NCBI GenBank assembly: GCA_016296415.1
Contig: JAEDJH010000001.1
Coordinates: 1 to 61,198, forward strand
Reading direction: 5' to 3'
DNA length: 61,198 nt
Source: Clostridia bacterium
GTDB lineage: Bacteria; Bacillota; Clostridia; Christensenellales; CAG-138
Position 1 is the first letter of the stretch, and every line of letters begins with the position of its first letter. Made by a program: the position numbers and the translations under genes. The notes beneath the pieces are model-generated. The model made no database searches, was not told where the DNA came from, and saw only the letters and a program-made list of their open reading frames with translations. This document shows positions 30,748 to 38,962 of the stretch, one piece after another.

Positions 30748-30892
30748 ATGTCGGGCAAAATCAATTTATAATACATAAAACCGCCGACAAATGCAAGTGC
30801 TTTTTCGTCGCTTCGGTAAAATGCTCTTTTGTAATAAAGCATGGTCAAAAACTATATATATACAGTGACAAAATACCAATATGGAGGTTGAG

Positions 30893-31756
30893 ATGGAATA
30901 CAGGCGAAAACGCCGCAGCCACAGGCGGCAAAACACGGGTGGCATCGGCATACTGCTGACGTTCCTGGCGGTCGGCGCAGTTGTTTATCTTATTTGTGCA
31001 TCTCCTGTCGGCACATGGATAGCGCAGAACGTTGTAGCGCCCGTTTTCAGCGGCAGCGACACGAAAACACCCGCTTCCGACCTGCTTGCAGGCAGCAACG
31101 GCGCACAATCAGGCAGCCAGACTTCATCGTCAGTCAACGTGGCTATAAAACCGTTTGACACCTATATGCTTCAAATGGGCGTGTTTGAGTCGCTTGAAAA
31201 CGCCGAAGCACAGGCGGATATTCTGACAGGTCTCGGCGCTGCGGGCTATGTTTTCGAGGATGACGGCAGATACAGGGTCATCGCATTTGCCTACGGTGAC
31301 GAGGAAAGTGCCGCAAACGTCAAAAAAAGACTCATTGAGGACGGCTATGACTGCGCCGTATGCTTAAAATCCATCGAAGGAACCGAGCTGAGAATAACCG
31401 CCACAAAGGAGCAGGCGGATTCGATTTCAGGCAGTTTGAATACTCTTCAGGATGTAATGCAGCGCTTTTCGGAGCTGGTTATCGACTTTGACAGCAAAAA
31501 AATAGAAGGCGATGCGCTCAATGCCGAGGTCTCCGGACTCCTTGCGCAGGTCGATACATCGTTTGAGAGTATAGAAGCGTTTTCCGATAACACATCGGTC
31601 GCACCGATTGCAAAATGCTACGGTGAATTTAAGGCCTCTTTTCGTGATGTACTGTCGCAAGATTATAAAAGCACGGTAGATTTTTCGTCAAATATAAAGT
31701 ATAATTATATAAGACTTATCGATTCTTACCTAAAATTGATGGAATCGATGGGCTAA
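30893..31756 (+). CDS. SPOR-domain membrane protein
   Basis: Basic N-terminus, one TM segment, and a SPOR-like segment YMLQMGVFESLENAEAQADILTGLGAAGYVFEDDGRYRVIAFAYGDEESA. ATG 30893 (5 nt after GGAGG) is preferred over ATG 30881. Confidence 0.7.
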   Translation: MEYRRKRRSHRRQNTGGIGILLTFLAVGAVVYLICASPVGTWIAQNVVAPVFSGSDTKTPASDLLAGSNGAQSGSQTSSSVNVAIKPFDTYMLQMGVFESLENAEAQADILTGLGAAGYVFEDDGRYRVIAFAYGDEESAANVKKRLIEDGYDCAVCLKSIEGTELRITATKEQADSISGSLNTLQDVMQRFSELVIDFDSKKIEGDALNAEVSGLLAQVDTSFESIEAFSDNTSVAPIAKCYGEFKASFRDVLSQDYKSTVDFSSNIKYNYIRLIDSYLKLMESMG

Positions 31757-31782
31757 TAGTATGTATAAGGAGCTTTATCTGC

Positions 31783-32145
31783 ATGAATGCTGCCGAAGTC
31801 GCGCGAATTTTAGACGCAAAAATAATCTGCGGAGAGGACAGGCTTAACGATGTGGAATTTGATTCCGCATTCGGTTCGGACATGATGAGCGACGTACTTG
31901 CCTATGTCAAGCCGACCACCCTTCTGCTTACGGGCATGGTGAACCCTCATGTGATACGCACCGCCGAGATGCTCGACATCAAAGGCATCGTCGTCGTGAG
32001 AGGTAAAAGCGTTCCCGAGGAGCTGGTGGAGGAAGCCGAGGAGCAGGACATCATAATACTTGCCTCGGACGAAACGATGTACACCACCTGCGGCAAGATG
32101 TATGCAAGCGGCTTGCCCGGCTGCAAAAGGAGTGACATTGTATGA
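31783..32145 (+). CDS. DRTGG-domain protein
   Basis: 120 aa. ..TTLLLTGMVNPHVIRTAEMLDIKGIVVVRGKSVPEELVEEAEEQDIIILASDETMYTTCGKM matches my recollection of the DRTGG fold pattern. SD AAGGAG. Confidence 0.65.
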   Translation: MNAAEVARILDAKIICGEDRLNDVEFDSAFGSDMMSDVLAYVKPTTLLLTGMVNPHVIRTAEMLDIKGIVVVRGKSVPEELVEEAEEQDIIILASDETMYTTCGKMYASGLPGCKRSDIV

Positions 32146-32567
32146 GTATTTTGTACAAAGAAGCCTTTAATATTGAAAAGGGAGACTTTGCAACCGCCGG
32201 CGAAGCATCAAGCAAGATAAAGCGCACGCTGAAAAAATTGGGTGTGGAACCTACGGTGATTCGTGAGGTTGCCATTTCCTCCTACGAACTTGAGCTGAAT
32301 CTCGTCATTCACTCCCTCGGTGGTTCGCTGACGCTCGAGGTAGGAGACGATAATCTTTTGAAGCTCACCTCGAGCGACGTCGGTCCCGGCATCAAGGATA
32401 TATCGCTCGCCATGAAGGAGGGCTATTCCACCGCACCGGAGAGTGTCCGCATGATGGGCTTTGGTGCTGGCATGGGGCTTCCGAACATTAAGCGCCACAG
32501 CCACAGGTTTGGCATAGAGTCGGAATACGGGAAAGGCACGGTCATTACCTGCGAATATGATATATAG
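32142..32567 (+). CDS. RsbW/SpoIIAB-like anti-sigma-type Ser/Thr kinase (GHKL ATPase)
   Basis: 141 aa. N-box ELELNLVIHS, G1 DVGPGI, G2 GFGAGMGLPNI. ATGA overlap with the upstream DRTGG gene. Confidence 0.75.
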   Translation: MSILYKEAFNIEKGDFATAGEASSKIKRTLKKLGVEPTVIREVAISSYELELNLVIHSLGGSLTLEVGDDNLLKLTSSDVGPGIKDISLAMKEGYSTAPESVRMMGFGAGMGLPNIKRHSHRFGIESEYGKGTVITCEYDI

Positions 32568-32593
32568 TATTAAACACCCGACTGGAGGTCATT

Positions 32594-33907
32594 ATGTACC
32601 AACACTCCGTAAGGATAAACAGACTTAAATGCGTTGGATGTATAAGCTGCATCAAAAGCTGCCCCACCGAGGCGATACGCATTCAAAACGGAAAAGCGAA
32701 GATACTCGATGAGCGATGTGTTGACTGCGGTCTGTGTCTCAGCGTATGTCCGCACAAGGCTATGGTTTCGGTCACAACTCCGCTTTCCGACCTCGGCAGG
32801 TTCAAGTATAACATTGTTATTCCCTCAACCACCCTTTATTCGCAGTTTCGAGGACTGGTTGACATTGCCGATATTTACGCCGGACTGTATGCGCTCGGCT
32901 TCGATGCAATTTACGAGGAAGCAAAGGCTGCGGAAATTTTAGCCGAGGCGGTGAGCCGTCATATTCACAGCCCCAACGCCGTATTTCCGGTCATCTCCTG
33001 CACCTGCCCCGTGGTTCCGAGGATAGTTTCGGTGCTTTACCCCAACTTGATAGAAAACCTCTCCCCCTTTGTTCCTTCAAACGAGCTTGCGGCGAGGATT
33101 GCAAAGCAGGAGTTTTGCGAAACGGTAGGTGTACCGGGCGATGAAGTGGGCGCATACTATATCTCTCCGTGCGCTGCCGAAACAACGCACATGAAAAACC
33201 CCTGCGGTATTGAAAAAAGCTCGATTGACGGCGTGATTGCGGTCAGAGACGTTTATGCTCATCTGCTGAATTTTGTCGGCAAAAGCTCATCGCTTCCCGA
33301 GCATCAAAGAAGCATTGTTCACAGGGCGGGAGCATTCGGTCTCGGCTCTGCGGTAATAGGCGGTCTGAGCGCCGCCGTCGGCACGGAGCATTATCTTGCG
33401 CTCGACGGAATAAGCGACATGATCCAATGCTTTGACGAGATAGACAATGACCGTATAAGAAACCTTACTTTTGTAGAGGCAATGGCATGCAAGGGCGGAT
33501 GTGTCGGCGGTCCTCTGACTTTCGAGAACCAGTTTGTCGCAAAAAACCGCAACAGACGCCTTCAGTATTCTCAGCCGAGAATAGCTCTTGAGGCCGATGA
33601 GCACGTTCAAAAATATATTGATTCCGATATGTTAAGATATGACAAGCCCATCACTCCTCACAATATAATGAAGCTCAGCGACGATGTTGTTGAAGCAATG
33701 AAGATGATGGATAAGCTTGAGGAGGTAAACAAACGCCTTCCCGGGCTCGATTGCGGCTCATGCGGCTCCCCCACCTGCCGAACGCTTGCGGAGGACATCG
33801 TGAAGGGACAAGCCGTTGAAATGGACTGTATTTTTAAGTTAAGAGACAAGGTGCGGCAGATGGCGCAGGAGATGATCGACCTTGCAAACGCACAAAAAAG
33901 AGGATAA
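32594..33907 (+). CDS. [FeFe]-hydrogenase H-domain homologue of putative sensory type (2x[4Fe-4S] N-terminus, C-terminal Cx2Cx4Cx16C domain)
   Basis: CVGCISCIKSCP and CVDCGLCLSVCP ferredoxin motifs. H-cluster-like segments ISCTCPVV, SPCAAETTH and EAMACKGGCVGGP. C-terminal CGSCGSPTCRTLAEDIVKGQAVEMDC. Confidence 0.8.
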   Translation: MYQHSVRINRLKCVGCISCIKSCPTEAIRIQNGKAKILDERCVDCGLCLSVCPHKAMVSVTTPLSDLGRFKYNIVIPSTTLYSQFRGLVDIADIYAGLYALGFDAIYEEAKAAEILAEAVSRHIHSPNAVFPVISCTCPVVPRIVSVLYPNLIENLSPFVPSNELAARIAKQEFCETVGVPGDEVGAYYISPCAAETTHMKNPCGIEKSSIDGVIAVRDVYAHLLNFVGKSSSLPEHQRSIVHRAGAFGLGSAVIGGLSAAVGTEHYLALDGISDMIQCFDEIDNDRIRNLTFVEAMACKGGCVGGPLTFENQFVAKNRNRRLQYSQPRIALEADEHVQKYIDSDMLRYDKPITPHNIMKLSDDVVEAMKMMDKLEEVNKRLPGLDCGSCGSPTCRTLAEDIVKGQAVEMDCIFKLRDKVRQMAQEMIDLANAQKRG

Positions 33908-33926
33908 TTAAAATCGGAGGTTTATT

Positions 33927-34286
33927 ATGAAAGTCAACGAACTTACCACCCTTATCGACGGAACATTGATGACCGCGGGCGGCGGCGAAAACGAAATCGC
34001 CTGCGGATGCACCTGCGACCTTTTAAGCTGGGTCATGGCAAAGGGCGAGAACGGCTGTGCATGGGTAACCGTGCAGACGCACATGAATGTTATCGCCGTT
34101 GCCTCGCTTCACGATATGGCATGCGTGATCTGCCCAGAGGGCATGATGCCCGACGAAACGGTTATCGCAAAGGCGGACGAGGAGGAGATAGCCGTTATTT
34201 CCTCGCCCCTGACCGCATATAACATCTGCTGCATAATGCACGACAACGGTATCAAGCCCGAGCGCAGGGCCACGGAGCAGAAGTAA
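33927..34286 (+). CDS. DRTGG-like domain protein, Cys-rich
   Basis: 119 aa with the same overall pattern as 31783..32145 (..VTVQTHMNVIAVASLHDMACVICPEG..VIAKADEEEIAVISSPLTAY). Extra Cys pairs (CGCTC, CVIC, CC). Confidence 0.55.
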   Translation: MKVNELTTLIDGTLMTAGGGENEIACGCTCDLLSWVMAKGENGCAWVTVQTHMNVIAVASLHDMACVICPEGMMPDETVIAKADEEEIAVISSPLTAYNICCIMHDNGIKPERRATEQK

Positions 34287-34330
34287 CGAAAGTTTATACC
34301 CGTAAACAAGGCAAAAGGCGGTAATCCAAT

Positions 34331-35032
34331 TTGAAAATCGCAACCGATTTGCATATACATTCATGTCTGTCCCCCTGCGGAGATATGGAAATGACGCCGA
34401 ACAACCTCGTCAACATGGCTTTTTTGAAGGGGCTTGATGCTATCGCCCTGGCCGACCATAATACGGCAAAAAATCTGCCGGCCGCCAAAGCGGTAGCCGA
34501 CGCCAGGGATTTGGTGCTTGTACCTGCGATAGAGGCGGAAAGCCGTGAGGAGGTCCATGTGCTGTGCTATTTCCGCACAGTGGAGGATGCGCTTGAAATG
34601 GGGGATTTCCTGTACGAACATCTCCCCCCAATGCCGAATATGCCCTCCATGTTCGGTGAGCAGATCGCCATGAACGATGATGACGAGCCGATCTACACGG
34701 AGGAAAAGCTGCTGATACAGGCGACTACCCTTTCGATAAACGAGATTGCCGAAAAATGCAGGGAACTCGGCGGTGTCCCCGTTCCGGCACACATAAACAG
34801 AACTTCAAACTCATTGATCGCCAGCCTTGGTTTCATTCCGCCCGAGTGCGATTTCACCACCGTCGAGGTTTACAGGAGCATCCCATTGGAAAACGTCGAT
34901 GTATCGCCGTATCACGTAATTTTCTCATCGGATGCGCACAACCTCGAGGCGATCTTCGAGCGTGATAACTTTATATCCGTTGAAGAAAGAAGCGTGGAAG
35001 GCATACTTAAATACCTTGCCTCAAAAAAATAA
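34331..35032 (+). CDS. PHP-domain phosphoesterase
   Basis: TTG start. KIATDLHIHSCLSPCGDM..GLDAIALADHNT..PAHINR..SSDAH are PHP metal-binding motifs. Confidence 0.78.
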   Translation: MKIATDLHIHSCLSPCGDMEMTPNNLVNMAFLKGLDAIALADHNTAKNLPAAKAVADARDLVLVPAIEAESREEVHVLCYFRTVEDALEMGDFLYEHLPPMPNMPSMFGEQIAMNDDDEPIYTEEKLLIQATTLSINEIAEKCRELGGVPVPAHINRTSNSLIASLGFIPPECDFTTVEVYRSIPLENVDVSPYHVIFSSDAHNLEAIFERDNFISVEERSVEGILKYLASKK

Positions 35033-35118
35033 TTTACAGGTTTTCTTTATTTTGTCGCTGGGTATAATGTATAATAAGGTCAGCTTAGAGGCTGCCAAAA
35101 ATACGTAAGGAGGAAAAT

Positions 35119-35697
35119 ATGAACAAACCCGATCGTAAGAAACTGATCATTGCCCTGATTCTGTTTGCGGCCATAGTTTTGGTCTCCTGCCTTATACGGA
35201 TCGATGTTGCTTCCGACGGCAACGGAGAAGCGCTTGTTCGTCGTAACGGCAACCCGGCCGGCAGTCACGTAAATCTTATGCTGCTGATGATGCTTGCCGC
35301 CTCGGTTTTGCTCGACATTCCGTACGGAATACTTGTATGCGCTGTTGCGGGTCTTGTCAGCGAGCTGTTCATCTCCATAGCCGTAAAGGGTGCAGCCGCT
35401 TATGCAGTGCCGAGCATGATAGTAAGCGCAATAATATCGTTCATTGCGGCGAAGGGCGTCAAGAAGGATCATTCGTGGATCGGCATTTTAAAGACCTGCT
35501 CGGTTTCGGCCGTTGTCGCTGTCGTTTGCTATTTCCTTTTCGATTTAATAATCATGAACGATTACGACATCGCCTCTCACATGCTGCCCATAAACATTCT
35601 GTCCGGACTTGTAAACGTTGCCGCAGCCGTACCCATAGTCAAGGTCATATCGGTAATGATTTACAAAAAGGACAGCAGCATTAACACTGCGGTATAA
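35119..35697 (+). CDS. Polytopic membrane protein of unknown function (possibly an ECF S-component-like protein)
   Basis: 192 aa and about 5 hydrophobic segments. Strong SD TAAGGAGG. No motif recognised. Confidence 0.45.
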   Translation: MNKPDRKKLIIALILFAAIVLVSCLIRIDVASDGNGEALVRRNGNPAGSHVNLMLLMMLAASVLLDIPYGILVCAVAGLVSELFISIAVKGAAAYAVPSMIVSAIISFIAAKGVKKDHSWIGILKTCSVSAVVAVVCYFLFDLIIMNDYDIASHMLPINILSGLVNVAAAVPIVKVISVMIYKKDSSINTAV

Positions 35698-35741
35698 ATC
35701 GCAGTTTTTGTTCCTGCCGTTTTTTATAGGAGTTTTTCTAA

Positions 35742-36482
35742 ATGAAGCTTACCGTACTGGGTAAATACGGCCCGTTTCCACAGGCCGGCGGTGCCTGCTC
35801 GGGCTATTTGATCGAAACCGAACAAACAAAAGTTGTGCTGGACCTTGGATCCGGCACTTTGTCGAATCTGATTAAGCTATACCCTACTCTCCCCATTGAT
35901 GCGGTTTTTCTTTCACATCTGCATAGCGATCATTGTTCAGATATGCTCGTTTTGCGATATGCGTTAAGGCAGCTTCACTCAAGAGGCGTGACCGTTCCGA
36001 TGCCGCTTTCGGTCGTTGCCCCTGCTGAGCCCTCTATTGTACACGGTCAACTTGCCACTTCGGGGGTGTATGACATAACCACCGCAAAGGACGGTCTGAA
36101 GTTCAACTTTACCGATATGTCCATCACCCTGCATCAAATGACTCACACGGTGGATTCCTTCTGCATGGTGATAAGAAGTGCAGGCAAGAAATTCGTCTAT
36201 ACAGGCGATACGGGATACAACGACAGGCTGAGTCATATCTGTTCCGGTGCCGACGTGCTTCTTGCGGACACCTGTTTTTTAAGCGCAGATAAGACAACCG
36301 AGAATGCCCCTCACATGACTGCGGCGGAGGCGGCAAAGCTTGCCCGAAACGCAGGTGCTGGCAGGCTATTCTGCACGCATATATGGGGCGGCGGCTACAC
36401 CGACGAGCAGATAGTCGCCGAGGCAAGGCGTTTCTTCAGAAACTCTTTTGCAATAAAAGAAATGGGAGTTTACATAATATGA
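35742..36482 (+). CDS. MBL-fold metallo-hydrolase
   Basis: 246 aa. LSHLHSDHCSDM (HxHxDH) plus downstream ..YTGDTGY.. and ..CTH.. motifs. Confidence 0.8.
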   Translation: MKLTVLGKYGPFPQAGGACSGYLIETEQTKVVLDLGSGTLSNLIKLYPTLPIDAVFLSHLHSDHCSDMLVLRYALRQLHSRGVTVPMPLSVVAPAEPSIVHGQLATSGVYDITTAKDGLKFNFTDMSITLHQMTHTVDSFCMVIRSAGKKFVYTGDTGYNDRLSHICSGADVLLADTCFLSADKTTENAPHMTAAEAAKLARNAGAGRLFCTHIWGGGYTDEQIVAEARRFFRNSFAIKEMGVYII

Positions 36483-37009
36483 TTGAAAATATCATCGTAA
36501 AGCTTGCGGATTATATAAAGCAATATGATAAAGTCGCCGTTGTCATTGATACCGATGTCAACAGCGCAATTTTGCTTAATGCCGCCGTGAGCGCCCTCGG
36601 CAGCAAAAACGTGCTTGCCATAATTCCTCACAACGAATTTACGCCCGAGGCACGTCTTGAAACCTCAAAGCGTATATGCACTCTCGCCGACGTCGATTAT
36701 GTGACGACCGCAGTGTTTTTGACTGACGAACCCTTGACGCAGGCGGCTTCACCGCTAAAATGCTACTACTGCCAGCGTCTTACATACCGAGAGATAATCC
36801 ACGAAGCCTGGCTTAAAGGCATTCAGACGGTTCTCAGCTCCGTCTGCAAAAACGACAGCAGGGATTGCATGGCGGGCTTGCCCGCAATAACCGAGCTGTC
36901 GGTGGTTTGTCCGTTTATCGAGACGGATATTGACGAATCTGAAATAATCGGCTCACTCAACATCGAAGGAAGCATTCCCCGAGTTTCCTGCTCCAATATG
37001 CAGGGATAA
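36479..37009 (+). CDS. Adenine-nucleotide alpha-hydrolase (PP-loop/LarE-like) fold protein with a degenerate PP-loop
   Basis: 176 aa from ATG 36479 (ATGA overlap with the MBL gene). KVAVVIDTDVNSAILLNAA occupies the position of the SGGxDS PP-loop. It also has a CYYCQRLTYREI segment. The ORF-track start 36383 lies inside the MBL gene. Confidence 0.45.
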   Translation: MIENIIVKLADYIKQYDKVAVVIDTDVNSAILLNAAVSALGSKNVLAIIPHNEFTPEARLETSKRICTLADVDYVTTAVFLTDEPLTQAASPLKCYYCQRLTYREIIHEAWLKGIQTVLSSVCKNDSRDCMAGLPAITELSVVCPFIETDIDESEIIGSLNIEGSIPRVSCSNMQG

Positions 37010-37010
37010 T

Positions 37011-37871
37011 TTATACAAAGCTAAAGCTGTCCGAGTCGCCTTTGCGATACATGTCATGCTCGGAAAAGATACACAGCTTTCTTGTATGCTCGGCAACGGC
37101 TTTGAGATATTTGTATGTCCTTGCCCCCAGATACATCGTCATATCAGCTTCACCACTGACCATTATGTCATTTGCCAAAAATACATTTTGAGACATTGAG
37201 TATGCGTTATCAACGCCTACGATAATATGATCCGAAAAGCCGATCTCGGATTGCCGAAGCGCCATTGAAATTCTCTTTGACACATCTATATCATCTCTCG
37301 ACGGCTGAATATCCATCGACGGATGATTGTGAGCTATAATAACACTCACGGCATTATGCCGCACGGCGGATGCGGTTATGGTACGCTCATACATAGCAGC
37401 ACGGTCTATAGTGCCTATGCTGACTTCTTCCGCATGTATCAAATTAAAGGATTTATCAAGCGAGAGCGCATAAACCCTTTCCTCCCTTGCCTTTGAAAGA
37501 AGATGTGCGCAGTAGTTCATTGCTCGCTCGGCATTTCCAAGAGAGATCTTATCCCTTGTCCAAACTACACGCATCCTGTCCGAAAGTGAGGAAATCAAAG
37601 AGAGCAGCGCTGCCGTGTGCATTCCCACGCCGTCAACCTGCGCAAGGTCGTACGGATCGGCCCTGAAAACTTTTGCCAGGCTGCCATATTTGTCAATCAG
37701 CTTATGCGCAAGAGGATTCGTATCTTTCTGAGGTATGGCGTAAAAAAGCAGCATACTCAAAAGCTCGTGGTCATGGAAAGCGGAGGGACCGTTGGAAAGA
37801 AATTTGCTTTTCATCCTTTGTCTGTGTCCGCTGTGAACATTTCCATCGTTTTTATTAGCCATAGGTATCAC
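37011..37871 (-). CDS. radC: RadC-family JAB/MPN-domain protein
   Basis: N-terminal HhH-like region (LLSMLLFYAIPQKDTNPLAHKLIDKYGSL). JAMM motif AHNHPSMDIQPSRDD. C-terminal extension of about 60 aa. Confidence 0.82.
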   Translation of the reverse strand: MIPMANKNDGNVHSGHRQRMKSKFLSNGPSAFHDHELLSMLLFYAIPQKDTNPLAHKLIDKYGSLAKVFRADPYDLAQVDGVGMHTAALLSLISSLSDRMRVVWTRDKISLGNAERAMNYCAHLLSKAREERVYALSLDKSFNLIHAEEVSIGTIDRAAMYERTITASAVRHNAVSVIIAHNHPSMDIQPSRDDIDVSKRISMALRQSEIGFSDHIIVGVDNAYSMSQNVFLANDIMVSGEADMTMYLGARTYKYLKAVAEHTRKLCIFSEHDMYRKGDSDSFSFV

Positions 37872-37998
37872 CTTAAATGCCTTTTCTTTCTATTTTGCCA
37901 TACTTTTACAATTTTTCAATAGTTTTTTTGATTTATGTTCATTTAAATGAATACCATACTGTGATATAATAGGCAATATGAACATTCGAGGTATTGTA

Positions 37999-38961
37999 AT
38001 GAAAAAATATATTATGACCGCTGTTCTCGTTTTATCCGTGCTTATTTTAGCAACGGGCTGCGGGAACGGTATTCATAATCAAAACATAGACATATCCGAT
38101 CCCGAATCAAGCGGTTTGGTTGCAACTGCCAACGATTTGGCCGCATTTTTCAACACGAGCAGTTCAGATACAGCCACACTCGTTGCGGACATAAATCTTG
38201 AAACGGATATGCTCCTGCTCACAGAGGAGCGTAGTAAAATCGTCATAAACGGCAACGGGCACACCATATACGGCGATGCGGAGTGTGTTATCCGAATGGA
38301 TGCCGGCTGCACGCTCATATTAAACGATGTCACAGTCAGCGGCGGCACCGATGCAATTGGCATGCTTGGCTCAGGAAACATCGGTGGCAAGAATGCAAGC
38401 ATTCATGCCGTTGCCACGGGCATCAATGCCATAGGCAGTGTCTGTATCGAACGTAATTCGAAAATCGAGGTAAACACTACTGTTGGCTACGGGATTTATG
38501 CAGCCGGACTTGAATTGGACGAATATGCCGAGCTTACCGTAAAAAACGAGTCCCTTTCGGAGGAAATAACCGGTCCCAACGCCATTACTGCGCTCTCAGC
38601 TCCGATAATCATGGGTGAAAACTCAAGACTTACCGCTTCATCCAACGAATACAACGTGATCAAGTGCAAAAACTCTTTCATCATGCACGATTCGTCATAC
38701 CTCAGCGTTATCAATACGGGCGAGTATCACGGTGCGGAGATCGGTGCGCTTGAAATCAGCGGCGCCGTCACGATTCAGGCATACGGCGGTGAAAAAGGCG
38801 TGGGAATATTTTTAGTGGATTTGTACGACGAAATTTACGTCCTCGGCGAATGCTCTCCTGCCCCACGGCATGAAAACGGCAGAGGCTCGCTTAATTTTGT
38901 TGATCAGCTTCCCGAGCCGATGCTTGAGCCCTCCCCCGCCGACATTGAAAACGGTGAGTAA
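37999..38961 (+). CDS. Lipoprotein, probably beta-helix-like, function unknown
   Basis: MKKYIMTAVLVLSVLILATGC signal peptide with lipobox. Gly/Asn/Ile-rich repetitive body (IVINGNGHTIYG.., LILNDVTVSGGTDAIG..). ATG 37999 has GAGG 8 nt upstream. Confidence 0.55.
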   Translation: MKKYIMTAVLVLSVLILATGCGNGIHNQNIDISDPESSGLVATANDLAAFFNTSSSDTATLVADINLETDMLLLTEERSKIVINGNGHTIYGDAECVIRMDAGCTLILNDVTVSGGTDAIGMLGSGNIGGKNASIHAVATGINAIGSVCIERNSKIEVNTTVGYGIYAAGLELDEYAELTVKNESLSEEITGPNAITALSAPIIMGENSRLTASSNEYNVIKCKNSFIMHDSSYLSVINTGEYHGAEIGALEISGAVTIQAYGGEKGVGIFLVDLYDEIYVLGECSPAPRHENGRGSLNFVDQLPEPMLEPSPADIENGE

Positions 38962-38962
38962 C

